A stretch of 64,000 nucleotides of DNA from the human T2T-CHM13v2.0 reference genome, Homo sapiens. Position 1 is the first letter of the stretch. Each line of letters starts with the position of its first letter. The notes beneath the pieces were generated by a model. That model did not search any database. It worked only from the letters and a program-made list of their open reading frames with translations, and was not told the origin of the DNA. The DNA lies in the NCBI RefSeq assembly GCF_009914755.1, contig NC_060935.1. One strand, written 5' to 3'. Position numbers and translations under genes: made by a program. Of this stretch, positions 1 to 11,473 are shown in pieces.

Positions 1-1659
1 TTTGGCTACTCAGGCTTTGAGAGGTTGGGGTCATTCAAGGGAGGCAGTGTAATACCCATGTGTTCAGAGGTGGCTGGGACGAGAGGGTGCAGGAGAAAAG
101 GCTTGAGCTGGCCTGTAAGGGATCTGAGTTGGTGAAGGGAGCACAGCTTCTGGGGGTGGCAGAAGGAATAGGAGAGCTGCCCCTGCCATACCTGGGGAGG
201 GGTGGTTAGGTAGGTGCCTTGGGAGGCATGGTTAGGTAGGTGGTTTGGGGCCATGGGGGGAAAACTGTAATGCCAGGGCAATTACTTTGGCCTCTTGTAT
301 TTGGCAGGAGGGGTCCACACTGGGGATTGTGGTGGCGTGAGGGAGAGGGCCCTGGGAGAGAAGCTCTAGAGTCATTTTCTTTTCCAGAGGTGGAGTTGTC
401 TTGGGGACCTGCACGTGGCACGCAGAGCCCATGCTCTCAGGCACCTTTGGGGTGGCAGAGTTTCAACTGAACCAACAGAGGACAAGGGGCTGAGAAGTCG
501 GAGGCCTTGGCTGAGGTGCCCAGTTTCTTGGTTCACTTTCTTTACCTGCCAGGTTAGCAGCAAGTGAGCAAATCCCTCCTGCCTTTGCTCAGCATTAGCC
601 TCAGAGACTTGAGGAGAGCTGGGCCTTCAGGTGGGAGCCTGGTGGCCACACTGGAGAGGACCAAGCTTGACATTGAGTGTCCGAGGGGCTGAAAGTTGTT
701 CGCTCATCCAGAGATGGATTCGTTCTGCAAACATAGGGAAAGTTCCCTTCCCATTCCTCATGGCTGTTTGAGGATGGAATTCCTGCATTGACCTTGGCCT
801 TTCCCTGATCTTGGCCTTTCCCCTGCACTATGGCCTCTCTACTCTTAACATTACGCCCCAGCCCTTTTCCATGGGCCCCTCGTCTTCCCTATGGCCATCT
901 AAAATGGCCGTATAATATTCTATCAAGGGAATGTTTTCAGTAAGCCATGAGCTTGATATGGAGCATTTAGATTGCTTCTAATTTTTGCTCTTTCAGCTAA
1001 TGCTACATTAAGCCATCTCTGTGTATTATGGAATCATTTCATTAGTTGGCATTTGTCTAGCTAATGGCAATGGCCCAAGATTTAATAGCGAATCAGAATT
1101 TCTTTTTTCAAGAAGAATGTCATGAGGATATATAAAAAATTTACTTAAAATGCTAGGAATCATCTATGTTGGGGTTTTCATGAATGAGGAAGCAGGGAAA
1201 CAGTAACATGAAATTAGTTGTAAGTGAAAGACTGTGTGTATAAAAGTAACTCGTGACTTGTTTGTTCCTGAGTGTGGAGGGGAGCCAATAAATCCTTGGA
1301 AGGAGCAATCTACCTGTGAAAATCAAAGAGATCTGTATTCCTGCATCTGATGAAAACATAACAAACAGTGATCTCTTCTTAAGGATATTTTTAGAAATGC
1401 CCTAAAACAAGAAAAAGTAAATAAGATTTCCGAGAAAAAACATGTCTCCTTAATTCCAAATGAGCCTCTCTGGAAATGCCATTTAGTAGTGGAAGCAGGT
1501 TGTAGACTTGCTGAAAGGATTTGGTTCTTTGGTTATTAGGAAATAACTAGAATGAAATTGACAAACAGACAACACTGACTTGGTCCCCAGTACTGCTTTG
1601 AGCCTGAGGTATGTGTTGGCTTTGGAATGATGGGGAAGGCTTCCTCTGACTTGCTGATT

Positions 1660-2006
<347 letters not shown>

Positions 2007-2449
2007 TAGACTTGGGCTGTAAGCTTTGCATTTCAGTTTAAACCAGCAAATGTTTACACTATATAAGGTTGCAAGGGCTAAAACTTTAGGGAGAAAGAAC
2101 CCAGTGCACCCCTGTTTCTGAGAAGCTCATGACCAGGGAGTGGGAAGGATAAAGCAATGTTAAAACCAATGGTTATTCAAGGGAGATTAAGAAGGGGGCC
2201 CTGGGAGAGTCAGCTCCATCCTTTTAGAGAAGGGAGGAGTTCTACCTCACTGCTGGGCAGGGTGGGGCTAAGGGGCAGGAGAATCAAGAAAGGTTTTATG
2301 GAACTAGTTGCATTTGTCAACATCTTGAAGGACAGGCTGAAATGGAGGCTGGACATTCTCAGCAAAGGTAAAAGGCCTGAGTAGAGGAGATGGAGATGGA
2401 AGGACATGGGGCAATGTTTGGGATTTGGCTGAAGAATTGCATGCCTGTA

Positions 2450-2700
2450 GTAATGGTCATAGTAGCACTTTATGGAGAGTATCAGGTGCCAGGCATGGTT
2501 CTAAGAGCTTTATATGTAGTAACTCACTTAATCCATGCAATGAACCAAATGAGGTACTGTTATTATCCCCATTTTACAGATGAGGAAGCTAAGATAAATA
2601 GCAAGGAATTAATTGCCCAGGATCACACTGCTGTGGAGCCAAGATCAGACCAAGTTCATCTGGCTCCAGGCTCTGTGCTTACGACCATGAAGCTGTCCTG
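2450..2700 (-). mobile_element. MIR (representative of many MIR/L2 relics in the window)
   Basis: Core ttatccccattttacagatgaggaa. Other MIRs at ~3730-3950, 17690-17850, 21150-21380, 34770-34990, 43550-43950. Confidence 0.8.
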
Positions 2701-4221
2701 CCTCTGATTTGGGGAAAGAACAGTCACTAGAATCAGACAGATGGACAGATGCCGTATGTTTAGAGGCTGGGATTATCAACATTCAGGAATGCAGAGGTGG
2801 AAAAGAGACCAGAGATGGAGATGAGGGGCATTGGAGAGGTGGGGATGGGAGGAGGGTTTGGTGAGAGCCGTGAAGGGCCACAGGAAGACAGAGCTTTAAG
2901 GAGAAGTTTGTCAGTGAGGCCCAGAGCTGCAGACAATCCCAGGAGGTGAGACCTGAGGAATAGGTCTGGGCTGAGGAGAAAGCTGTGAGGGCCTCGGGAG
3001 AGGGGCAGCAGGGTGACCCAGGCTGGAGCTGCTGTGGTGTCCTATCCTGGCTGCAGAGTGCTGCGTGTTCCTGGGGGATCATAGCTGTTGATGAGTATCA
3101 CTGTCCCTGTCCTCTTATCTGTAGAAAGAGGTGAGTGTGACAGAGGGGGCAGGTGAGAGCTGGCACTGCTAATTTGGCAAACCTGGTGACTTTTCTGCAG
3201 CCTAATGATTTTTGAAAGCTGTTTGCTATGCTGAGGCACAAGTGTGACTTCCCCCATCTAAATGCTGTGCAATCGCTATTTTCCCTGGAAAATTGGGCCC
3301 ATGTGGGCTCTGTGTGTGGTTTATTTGAGTTCCATTTTTATAGCCTTATTACCTTGTCCCCATGATGCAAGAGGCCTCTCTCTTTTCTTGAGCTTTGCTG
3401 TGAAAATTGTTTCTTAAAAGGCACAAAGTGATCTCTCGTCATCTGGGTGGTGCTCGCTCCACAAGCAGCACTTTTCTCAGACTCCGCACACACTTGTCAT
3501 CGCCCCTGCCCCCACTTGGCAGGTTCCTCTGATTGTTGGCAATTTACTGAGAACTTTTAGGCAGCTCTTGAAGCTCACTACCTATGTGTTTGTCTTGATT
3601 TCTTCCGGAAGAGTTTGTGCATGTAAATATCCATTCAGCCTCTTTCTCTCCGAGATGTTGCCCTGCCACTGACCGTGCTTGGGGCTGAAACCCAGTCTTG
3701 TCCTCTGGCCTCGAGCTGATTAACAATAGCAGTCATCATGTACAGAGCCTGAGTGGTTATCAGGCACTAAGCTAAGGGATTTACGTTCGTGATCTTAATT
3801 ATTCCCAATTTCTTTGAGGTAGGTACTATTACTTCCCCCATTTTACAGATAAAGAAAATGAGCCTTCAAGGGATAGAGTAAGTTACCCCAGGTTACATAG
3901 CTAGTACATGGCAGAGCTGGGCTTAAGCGGGCCTTTCTAACCTTAGACTCCATGTGCTCCATTCATTCATTCATTGGCAACAAATGAATTGTCTGCAACA
4001 GGCTGAGAACTGTTGTAGACCCAGGGTGTACAGCAAAGGGAAAAAAGGCCAAACTCCCACCTTCAGCTTATATTCTAACTTGGGGAGGTAGAGATCATAT
4101 AATAAATGACATATACATTATGCTATGTGGTAATGAGAACTATGGAGAAAAATGAAGCAAGGAGGTCAGATGGGAAGTGGGAGGATTTTGAGGAGTGGTC
4201 AAAGAAGGCCTCATTGAGAGT

Positions 4222-4630
4222 ACAACAAATTGTTAGGTTAACAAACAAACCCCCAAATCTCAGTGTAGCAACACAACAAAACTGCACTTCTCTGCAGAAA
4301 AAATTCCAAAGTGGCTGCTCCTGGTTAGCAGGCAGCCTTCCTTGCAGTCATCCAGGGACCTAGACTCCTTTTATCCTGTGTCTCTGCCTTCTTCAAGGGC
4401 CTTGGTTTCCTTTGCATTCAAATGCTGGAGCGTGAGGAAGAAGAAGAGAGGGTAGTTTGTGAGGAAGGCTTTATGGACCAGTCTGGAGGAAGCATACCTC
4501 CCTCCCACCCACTGGCCAGAATTCAGTCACATGTTCACTCCTGACTGCAAGGGAGGCTGGGAAAGGAAGTCTGGCCATGTGCCGCCTAAAAAAAGGAAGT
4601 GGGTTCTGGTGAACTCATGGCATGGTGTGT
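4222..4630. mobile_element. MLT1 (MaLR) LTR relic
   Basis: taacaaacaaacccccaaatctcagtg...ctgcaagggaggctgggaaa. Similar relics at ~7430-7900, ~46793-47050 and ~62420-62760. Confidence 0.65.
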
Positions 4631-6069
4631 TGCAGCGAGTGAGGTGAAGAAGTGAGCTATGTGTTTAGCTGGAGGAAGAGCATTTTACACAAAAGGAGCA
4701 GCAAGACAAAGGCTGCTGGAATGGAGTGGGGAGGAGAGAAGGAGAGTGGGAGAAGATGAGGGCATGGAGTTGTGGGGGCCAGGCCACTGGGGTCACTGTA
4801 AGGATTTGGTTGCCTTGGGAATGACAAGCAGAGCCAGAACATAGAGTTTTGAAGGAGGAACGACAGGATCTGAGGCACGTCTCACAGGGCTCACTCTGGC
4901 TGCTGTGTTGAGAGTGGACTGAGGGAGCAAGGGGGATGCAGGGGAGAAGCGGGCGTTTGCGGGTGTTATCCAGGTATGTGACCAGAAGGGCTGGCCCTGA
5001 GCCGGGGTGGTAGAGGTGGGGAGAAGCCGTTAGATTTGAGATCAGTTCTGAAGGTGGGCCAGCAACTTTTGCTGTGGGATTGGTAGTGGGGCATGAGAGA
5101 AAGAAAGGAGTCAAGATTATTCTGAGGTTTTGGCTTTGCCTAATGAGTATTAGTCTCACTTCCTACCCTCAGAAGCAAGAGGGGAAATTTTTTGGAAAAG
5201 GATATCTGAGTGTTCTCTGGGCCCTGACCTGTCCTCCATAACCTCTTTCACTCTGTGATACTTTTTTCAGCACAGATGGGCAATTCCCATTCATGACTAG
5301 GCTTTCAGACACGGAGAGGGCACTTGGAGTCCCTCCTGGCACACAGCAGAGGTGAGGCAGCACTGGGAATTGTCTCACTTTGGGGTCTTTGGGTCAAACC
5401 TTGGGACCCCTTTAGAGTGACATGGCAGGGACTGAGTGTGCCCTCTAGGGGGGTGAGATATGCCTACTGGAGTCCACTTCCAATGCCTGCCATCTGCAAA
5501 CACTGGTGAGGCCCTGGCTGAAGGGTAACAACCCACAAAAGTGCACAAAAGGAGGAAGTTCTGGAATGCGAGTTGATGCTGCCAGCGGTCCGGTTGGCTC
5601 CTTGCCTTCTGTTCTTTGTGTGTTGACATCAGACCTCTCTACTGCAGACAGGCTGCCCTACCTGAGGGGGCACAGCTGCCAGCAGCCTCAGTTTACAATC
5701 CTAGCAAAGGAGGAGAGCCTTTCTCTACATCTAGGTATCAGTTTAAGGGAAAAGCCTCTGTGTTTGAGAGTGGGAGCGGAAACTGTTTCCCACGTACTTC
5801 CTTGGCAGTCATGACCTGTCAAGGCTGAAACTGGAGATGGGACTTTTTAATAGACCATGATCTCACTGGGAGCATATGGGGAAGAAAGTTCATCTTAGAG
5901 ATGGCAGGGCGTGAGCTGTGAAAACAGATAGTGCACACCTACTAGATGCTGGGCCCCCGCTAGGTATTTTATTTCACTGGAGAGCAAAACAATATATCAT
6001 CCCTGCCCTCATGGCACAGATGGCCTCAAGTGGCTAAACCATAGAATGGCTAGCTGAGAGAAATGATAG

Positions 6070-6870
6070 TTCTTTCTTTTTTTCTTTACTGATTGCGAAT
6101 GGGGTTGTATTTTTAATTTTGGTATCCATGTGTTCATTGCTAGTATATAGAAATCCAATTGATTTTTTTGTTTTTATGTTGTATCTTGCATGTTTGCTAA
6201 ACTCACTAATTAGTCATAGAAATTTTTTTTTGTTTATTCCCCAGGATTTTCTGCATAGACAATTGTATCACTTGCAAATAGGGATTGTTTCATTTCATCT
6301 TTTCCAATCTGTATGTTTTTTATTTCTTTTTGTTGCCTGATTGTGTGGCCAGGACTTCTAGTCCTATGTTGAACAAGAGTGCTGGGAGTGCACATCCTTG
6401 CCTTGTTCCTAGTCTTGGGGAAAGCATCAGCCTGTCACCATTAAGTGTAAGGTCAGCTGTGGATTTGTTGTAGATGCCACTTGCACTTTGCTGGCATGGT
6501 TGTGAGTAGGACTGTGGGTTTTGTGTGTTTGTGTGTGTGTGTGATGTTTGGCTGAAATACAGTGGTTATTATCTACAAGTTTTCTGTCTTGAAACAGGGA
6601 GATTTGTTGGGGCATTTTCTCTTTGTGCTCCTTGGCATTTCTGAGTTGCTGGTCTCCTCAGTTCCAAGTCTGAGCTATATGCAGAAAAGGAAATGCAGGA
6701 AGCTCACCACTGTGTTGTTCCTTGGATCCTGAGGTCCCAGCTGGTCTGCCTTCTTCAGACTGCCATTTGGAGTCTTCTTATAGTCATCTAGCATAGAATG
6801 CCCAGGGGTTTTCATTGTTCTTAGCAGGTGGAATCAGGGAAAGTGCACCTGCTCCATCCTGCTGGGAGTG
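6070..6870 (-). mobile_element. Old L1M fragments
   Basis: Antisense L1 ORF2/3' signatures (gctagtatatagaaat, catccttgccttgttcct). Confidence 0.7.
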
Positions 6871-7295
6871 GAAATGGTTGGGGGAAATTGGAGCGTATAG
6901 GTCGGGGCTAGTTTAGATGCAAGGGCTCCGTTCTGTAGGTGCAGGAGGGCCGTGGAGGCTCAGCCCTGACAGCAGTGGGAGGGGGATGGGAAGAGGGGGA
7001 GTGGAGAGAGCCTAGGTGGCTGCTGCCTGTGTCCAGGCAGGAGGTCCTGAAGTCCTGAGGTCCTGGCCGTGACAGTAGAACTGCAGCAGAAAGAAGGACA
7101 GGAAGTTCCATGAGGACAGTGAGGAAGTGCAAGGAGACCAGGTTGGTCTGAGGTTTCTAGCTAGAGCAGCTAGCTGGTTCTGAGATAACAGAGACAGAGG
7201 GAGGGGTCTAAGCGTGGCAGAGGGGTGTATTCTAGGCATTGTAGAGCAGATCTGGAAGACTGGACTTACTGTGCTTCCCCTCAGGGGAGGCTTCA

Positions 7296-7403
7296 CAGAG
7301 GAAGTCTGGCTGCTGGGGAAAAATCCAGGGAGTGTGCATTCTGGGCAGAGGAATTCTGGCTGCTGGGTAAAAATCCAGGGAGTGTGCATTCTGGGCAGAG
7401 GAA
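7296..7403 (+). repeat. 50-bp tandem duplication (2 copies + 8 bp)
   Basis: cagaggaa(g/t)tctggctgctggg(g/t)aaaaatccagggagtgtgcattctggg x2. Confidence 0.95.
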
Positions 7404-9637
7404 ACAACGTGGGAAAAGGCACAGATACAGAAAACGGCGTGATGGGCCTGTTGGGACTCCAGCTAGCTGAGGCATAAGTGGGTAGTTACTGGTTCCATGA
7501 CTGGGAAGGATGCTGTAGGAGTGCACAAAAGGAAGAAGTTCTGGAATGCGAGTTGATGCTGCCAGCGGTCCAGTTGGCTCCTTGCCTTCTGTTCTTTGTG
7601 TGTTGGCATCAGACCTCTCTACTGCAGACAGGCTGCCCTGCCTGAGGGGGCACAGCCACCAGCAGCCTCAGTTTTACAATCCCAGCGAAGGGGGAGAGCC
7701 TTTCTCTACATCTAGGTATCAGTTTAAGGGAAAGGCTCTGATTGGCCCAGGTTGGTGATGTGCCTGCCTTTGGACCCGTCACTGTTGCAAGGGAGTGGAG
7801 AGTTCTAATCTAGGCCGGATCGTCTGCCCACCCCTGTTGGGGCAACCAGAGTCTTTTAAAGGAGAAGGCAGACAAAATGCATCTGGGGAAGATAAAAAAG
7901 ACTGTTTACCATGGCTTACTGTAATAGATTTTGAAGAATATGTAGTCTGGCAGTGCAGGAACTCTTCATGGAGATTAAAGCAGGGGACTTGATCAAAGTT
8001 AGGTTTTATTAAAATCATTCTGGACACTGTATGGGGTTGTGATTGGAAGTGAATGACAAGAGGTGTCAAGGCGGGTTCGTAGGCCACTGCTTTAGCTCCA
8101 AGGAGCACTGATGAGGCCTAAGCTAGCTTAGAATCCTGACTTACTTTGTTTGCACTTCACCTGTAGCGACAGCATCAGTGAGGTGGAGAACAGGGATAGA
8201 GTCCTAGAGATGTTAGACAGGCAAGACTTGGTGGCCAGATGGAGGCAAGGAGAAGGGGGTCTTATGGAGGATTCCCCACTGCCACCAAGGGCATAAAGAA
8301 TGAGTCTCTGGAGGGCTAGCCTTATCTTTGGAAACACTATTAAGTGTTGGCAGACTCGATGTACCTTATTGCTTCTTCAGAAGTGTTAGTGTTGTTGGCT
8401 TCTTGTGGTATCCAGCTGGAAAAGGAAGCTGATTGATTGCATTTCCCTCCCTTTAAAGAGCTTCCTTTTTTGAGAAATCAGAAGATAGGTGATACAGTCA
8501 GGACTGCCAGTGGAGAAATAGGTTGGGGAGAGGGAGACACTGGCTTGGAGACTCTCCTGCCCCCAGCCTGCCCCGAGGCCCGCGAGTCTGCTTTAGGCAC
8601 ATTCGTCCTTTTGGCATCATCCTTGCTGGGAAGGCTTTTAAGGGATTTAAGGAAAGAAATGACACAATCTGATTCATATTGCACCAGATTTCCTCCTCTG
8701 TTCAGAATAGACTATGGGTGGAGGTAGAGTGACTCCAAGAGTAGCAGCAGGGAAGCAGGGCACCAATTAGGAGACTGTCGCAGCAATCTAGGATGGGGAC
8801 GGTGGAGGTGGTGAGAAATGGTCACATTCTGAATACATTTTGAAGGTAAGAACCAGTTTTAGTGAGGATTAGATGCGGAGTGGGAGAGAAAGGAGATGAA
8901 AATGACTCCAAATTTTTGGTCTGGGCAGCTGGAAGAACATTGTCTTAAACTGAGGCGGACACAACGCTGGGAGGAGCACGTCAGGGGTCTGTGTTGGACA
9001 TGGTTAAGTTTGAGACACCCACCATGTCTTACACAAAGCTCCCATCTACTTCTTACTTGACACAAACAGTTGGATGTACTGGTCAGGAGTTCAGAGCAGG
9101 GGTCCAGGCTTGGAGAGAAATCTGAGCATTGTTAGCATGGAGGTGATATGTGTGAATCCAGGAGACTAGTTGAGATCACCAAGGGAGTGACAGAGAAGAG
9201 ATGAAAACAAGGACTGAACACGCTGACATAAGAGGTGGGGAGATGAGGGAGAATAAGCAAAGATAAGCCAGTGAGGTGGGCGGAAAACCAGGAGAGCTAG
9301 AGGGCATGATTAACTGGTGTCAAAGCTGCAAGGTAAGGACTGAGACTTTACCAATGGATGTAGCAAAATGCAAGACAGGCCAAATGCATATGCTGTTGGA
9401 CCTAAGCTTAACTTTGCAAATAAGTCATAGTTCCTTCCCAGAAGGAGAATATAATTTTGCAAAAAGGGATCATTTAAGATTTATTAAAATAAATCTGAGA
9501 AAGATGTGAAGATAGTACCGTAGGAATCCAGCAGAAGGAAACAGTGCTTCTGGCTTTTGTGGGGAGGATTGAGTCAGATTCATTCATACCTTCATTCATT
9601 TGTGTGTTCATTCATTTGGCAAAAACTTATTGGGTGC

Positions 9638-9860
9638 CAGGGGTTGCGGGGAGGAGGGAAGAGAGAGTTGTTATCTAGTGGGTATAGAGTTTCATTTTTG
9701 CAGATGAAAAGAGTTCTGGAGATGGCTTGTGGTAATGGTTGAATAAGAATATGAATGTACTTAATACCATTGAACTGTACACTTAAAAATGGTTAAGACT
9801 GCAAATTTTATGTGACATGTATTTTCTCACAATTAAAAATGGAGAGAGATTAAATAAAAA
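9638..9860 (+). mobile_element. L1MB-type 3' end
   Basis: gatgaaaagagttctggagatgg...gaactgtacacttaaaaatggttaaga...aattaaaaa. Confidence 0.8.
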
Positions 9861-10717
9861 ACAGAGCACTTTTTGGGGCCCCATCATGAACTTGGTCTGG
9901 GATATGATGTTTGAAATGGATGCGCCATCTCAGTAGATGGAGGTAATGTGGAGAAGAGTGGAGGAAGACGTCCAGCTCAGAGGGTTTTGGGAACTATCAG
10001 TCCTGTTTGTCTGGATGGTAGGGTCTATCGGGGGAAACCATGCAAGCTGAGACTGCAGCCGGGCCAGTTGGTGCAGGCCCAGCATCCTGGCTGTGGATTT
10101 GGGCCTGCCTTCTTAGATTCTGGGAGCCTCTGATGGTTTCTGCCCAGGGGAGTGTCATTCCAAAGGTGTGTATTTAGATTAATTTCATTAGTCCTTCCTG
10201 TTAAACCATTGCCTATTAAAAGCAGTGGGGTTGAGGCATTCATTTTTATGGTGAAAATTCTGGCCTAGCAGAATTTTAGATATCCAAGCATGTGTCAATG
10301 AAGTGAGTAGGTTATTTTTCCATCCATTTTACAAGTATTTATTGAGGATCATCTAAGTGCCCGTAGTGTTCTAGGCAGTTGGGGGTATGGGACGGGGTGA
10401 ATTTAACAGGTCTCTTCTCTTAAAAAGCCTACAGTCTAGAGAAACCCCCTCTCCTTCCTAAACAAGAAGTTATGCCACAACGTGCCATGTGTTACCATAG
10501 GCATGCCGCCACAGTTCCATGGGTACTGAGAGGAGGGGGTGCCTGGCCTGCCTGGAACACTGGGGAGGCTTACAGGGAAAAACTGTCCAATGGATTTAAA
10601 GGACAAGCAGGGATTTTCTAGGCAAAGAAGCAGAATGGGCATCCCAGGAGTATGGTAAATCAAAACTTATTGGGTGCTATGAATTTAAAGCTAAACTTTT
10701 ATTTCATTGGCTTTTAG

Positions 10718-10790
10718 GTGGTGCTGGCTAGAGTGTATACGTTTGGACCCAAGCTTAACTTTTCCAATGTGGAATCCTGGGCCTTCATTG
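10718..10790 (+). other. BMAL1: BMAL1 non-coding 5'UTR exon (73 nt)
   Basis: Acceptor ttggcttttag| and donor TTG|gtaagt. The sequence GTGGTGCTGGCTAGAG...GCCTTCATTG matches the human BMAL1 mRNA 5'UTR as I recall it. Confidence 0.88.
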
Positions 10791-11249
10791 GTAAGTTTGT
10801 TTGATGCCTTCTTACCAAATTATGCTATCAAGGATTGGTATTTGGAATGAAAGGCAAGGTAGTTATCATTGGCAAGTTCTCTGTGGAGGTTACCAGCCCT
10901 GGACCTGGAGAAGCCTGTAGCACAGGCTGAAGGGGTACATAGGAAAAGTGAAATCTCACTGTAGGTTTCTGTGGTAGATGCAGAGAGGGAGGCCAGAGGA
11001 GGGGAACCAAGGGGTGCGGGGGATGGATGCAGCGGGCCTTATGGAGAGGTGGAGCTTTGGCTCTGTTTTGAAGGGCAAGCTAGATTGAAAAAAGTCCGGG
11101 GAGGAGTGAAAGAAGATTTTCGGGACTTGAGAACATAGAGGTGAGGTGTAAACAAAGTGGGCCTAGCAGCAGTCCCATAGGAGCAAAATCTTCATCGAAA
11201 GGAGTCACGGGCAAGAACTGTGGTGGGATCTGCTGGCGTCTGATGATTC

Positions 11250-11473
11250 TAGTCCATCAGCAAACTTTTTCTGTAGAGGACCAGATGCTAAATATTTTTG
11301 GCTTCGTAGGCCATGTGGTCTCTGTCACAGCTACTCCACTCTGCTGTGGTAACATGCAAGCAGCCATAGATAATATGGAAATGAATGGGTGTGGCAGTGT
11401 TCCAGTAAAACTTTATTTACAGAAGCAGGTGGTGGGCTGGATTTGGCCTGCGGGATGTAGTTTGCCAACTCCT
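11250..11473. mobile_element. MER58A-like hAT-Charlie DNA transposon relic
   Basis: cagcaaactttttctgta...ccagtaaaactttatttaca...gtagtttgccaactcct, with ttctag-containing flanks. Confidence 0.8.

Larger units (their letters stand above)
5540..7740 (+). repeat. Dispersed direct repeat of ~220 bp (5540-5760 and 7520-7740)
   Basis: About 12 differences over ~220 bp by hand alignment. Confidence 0.95.

Noticed and set aside
7296-7403. Repeat-spacer-like pattern (CRISPR?)
   Set aside because: Plain tandem duplication without unique spacers, in a mammalian intron with no cas genes.
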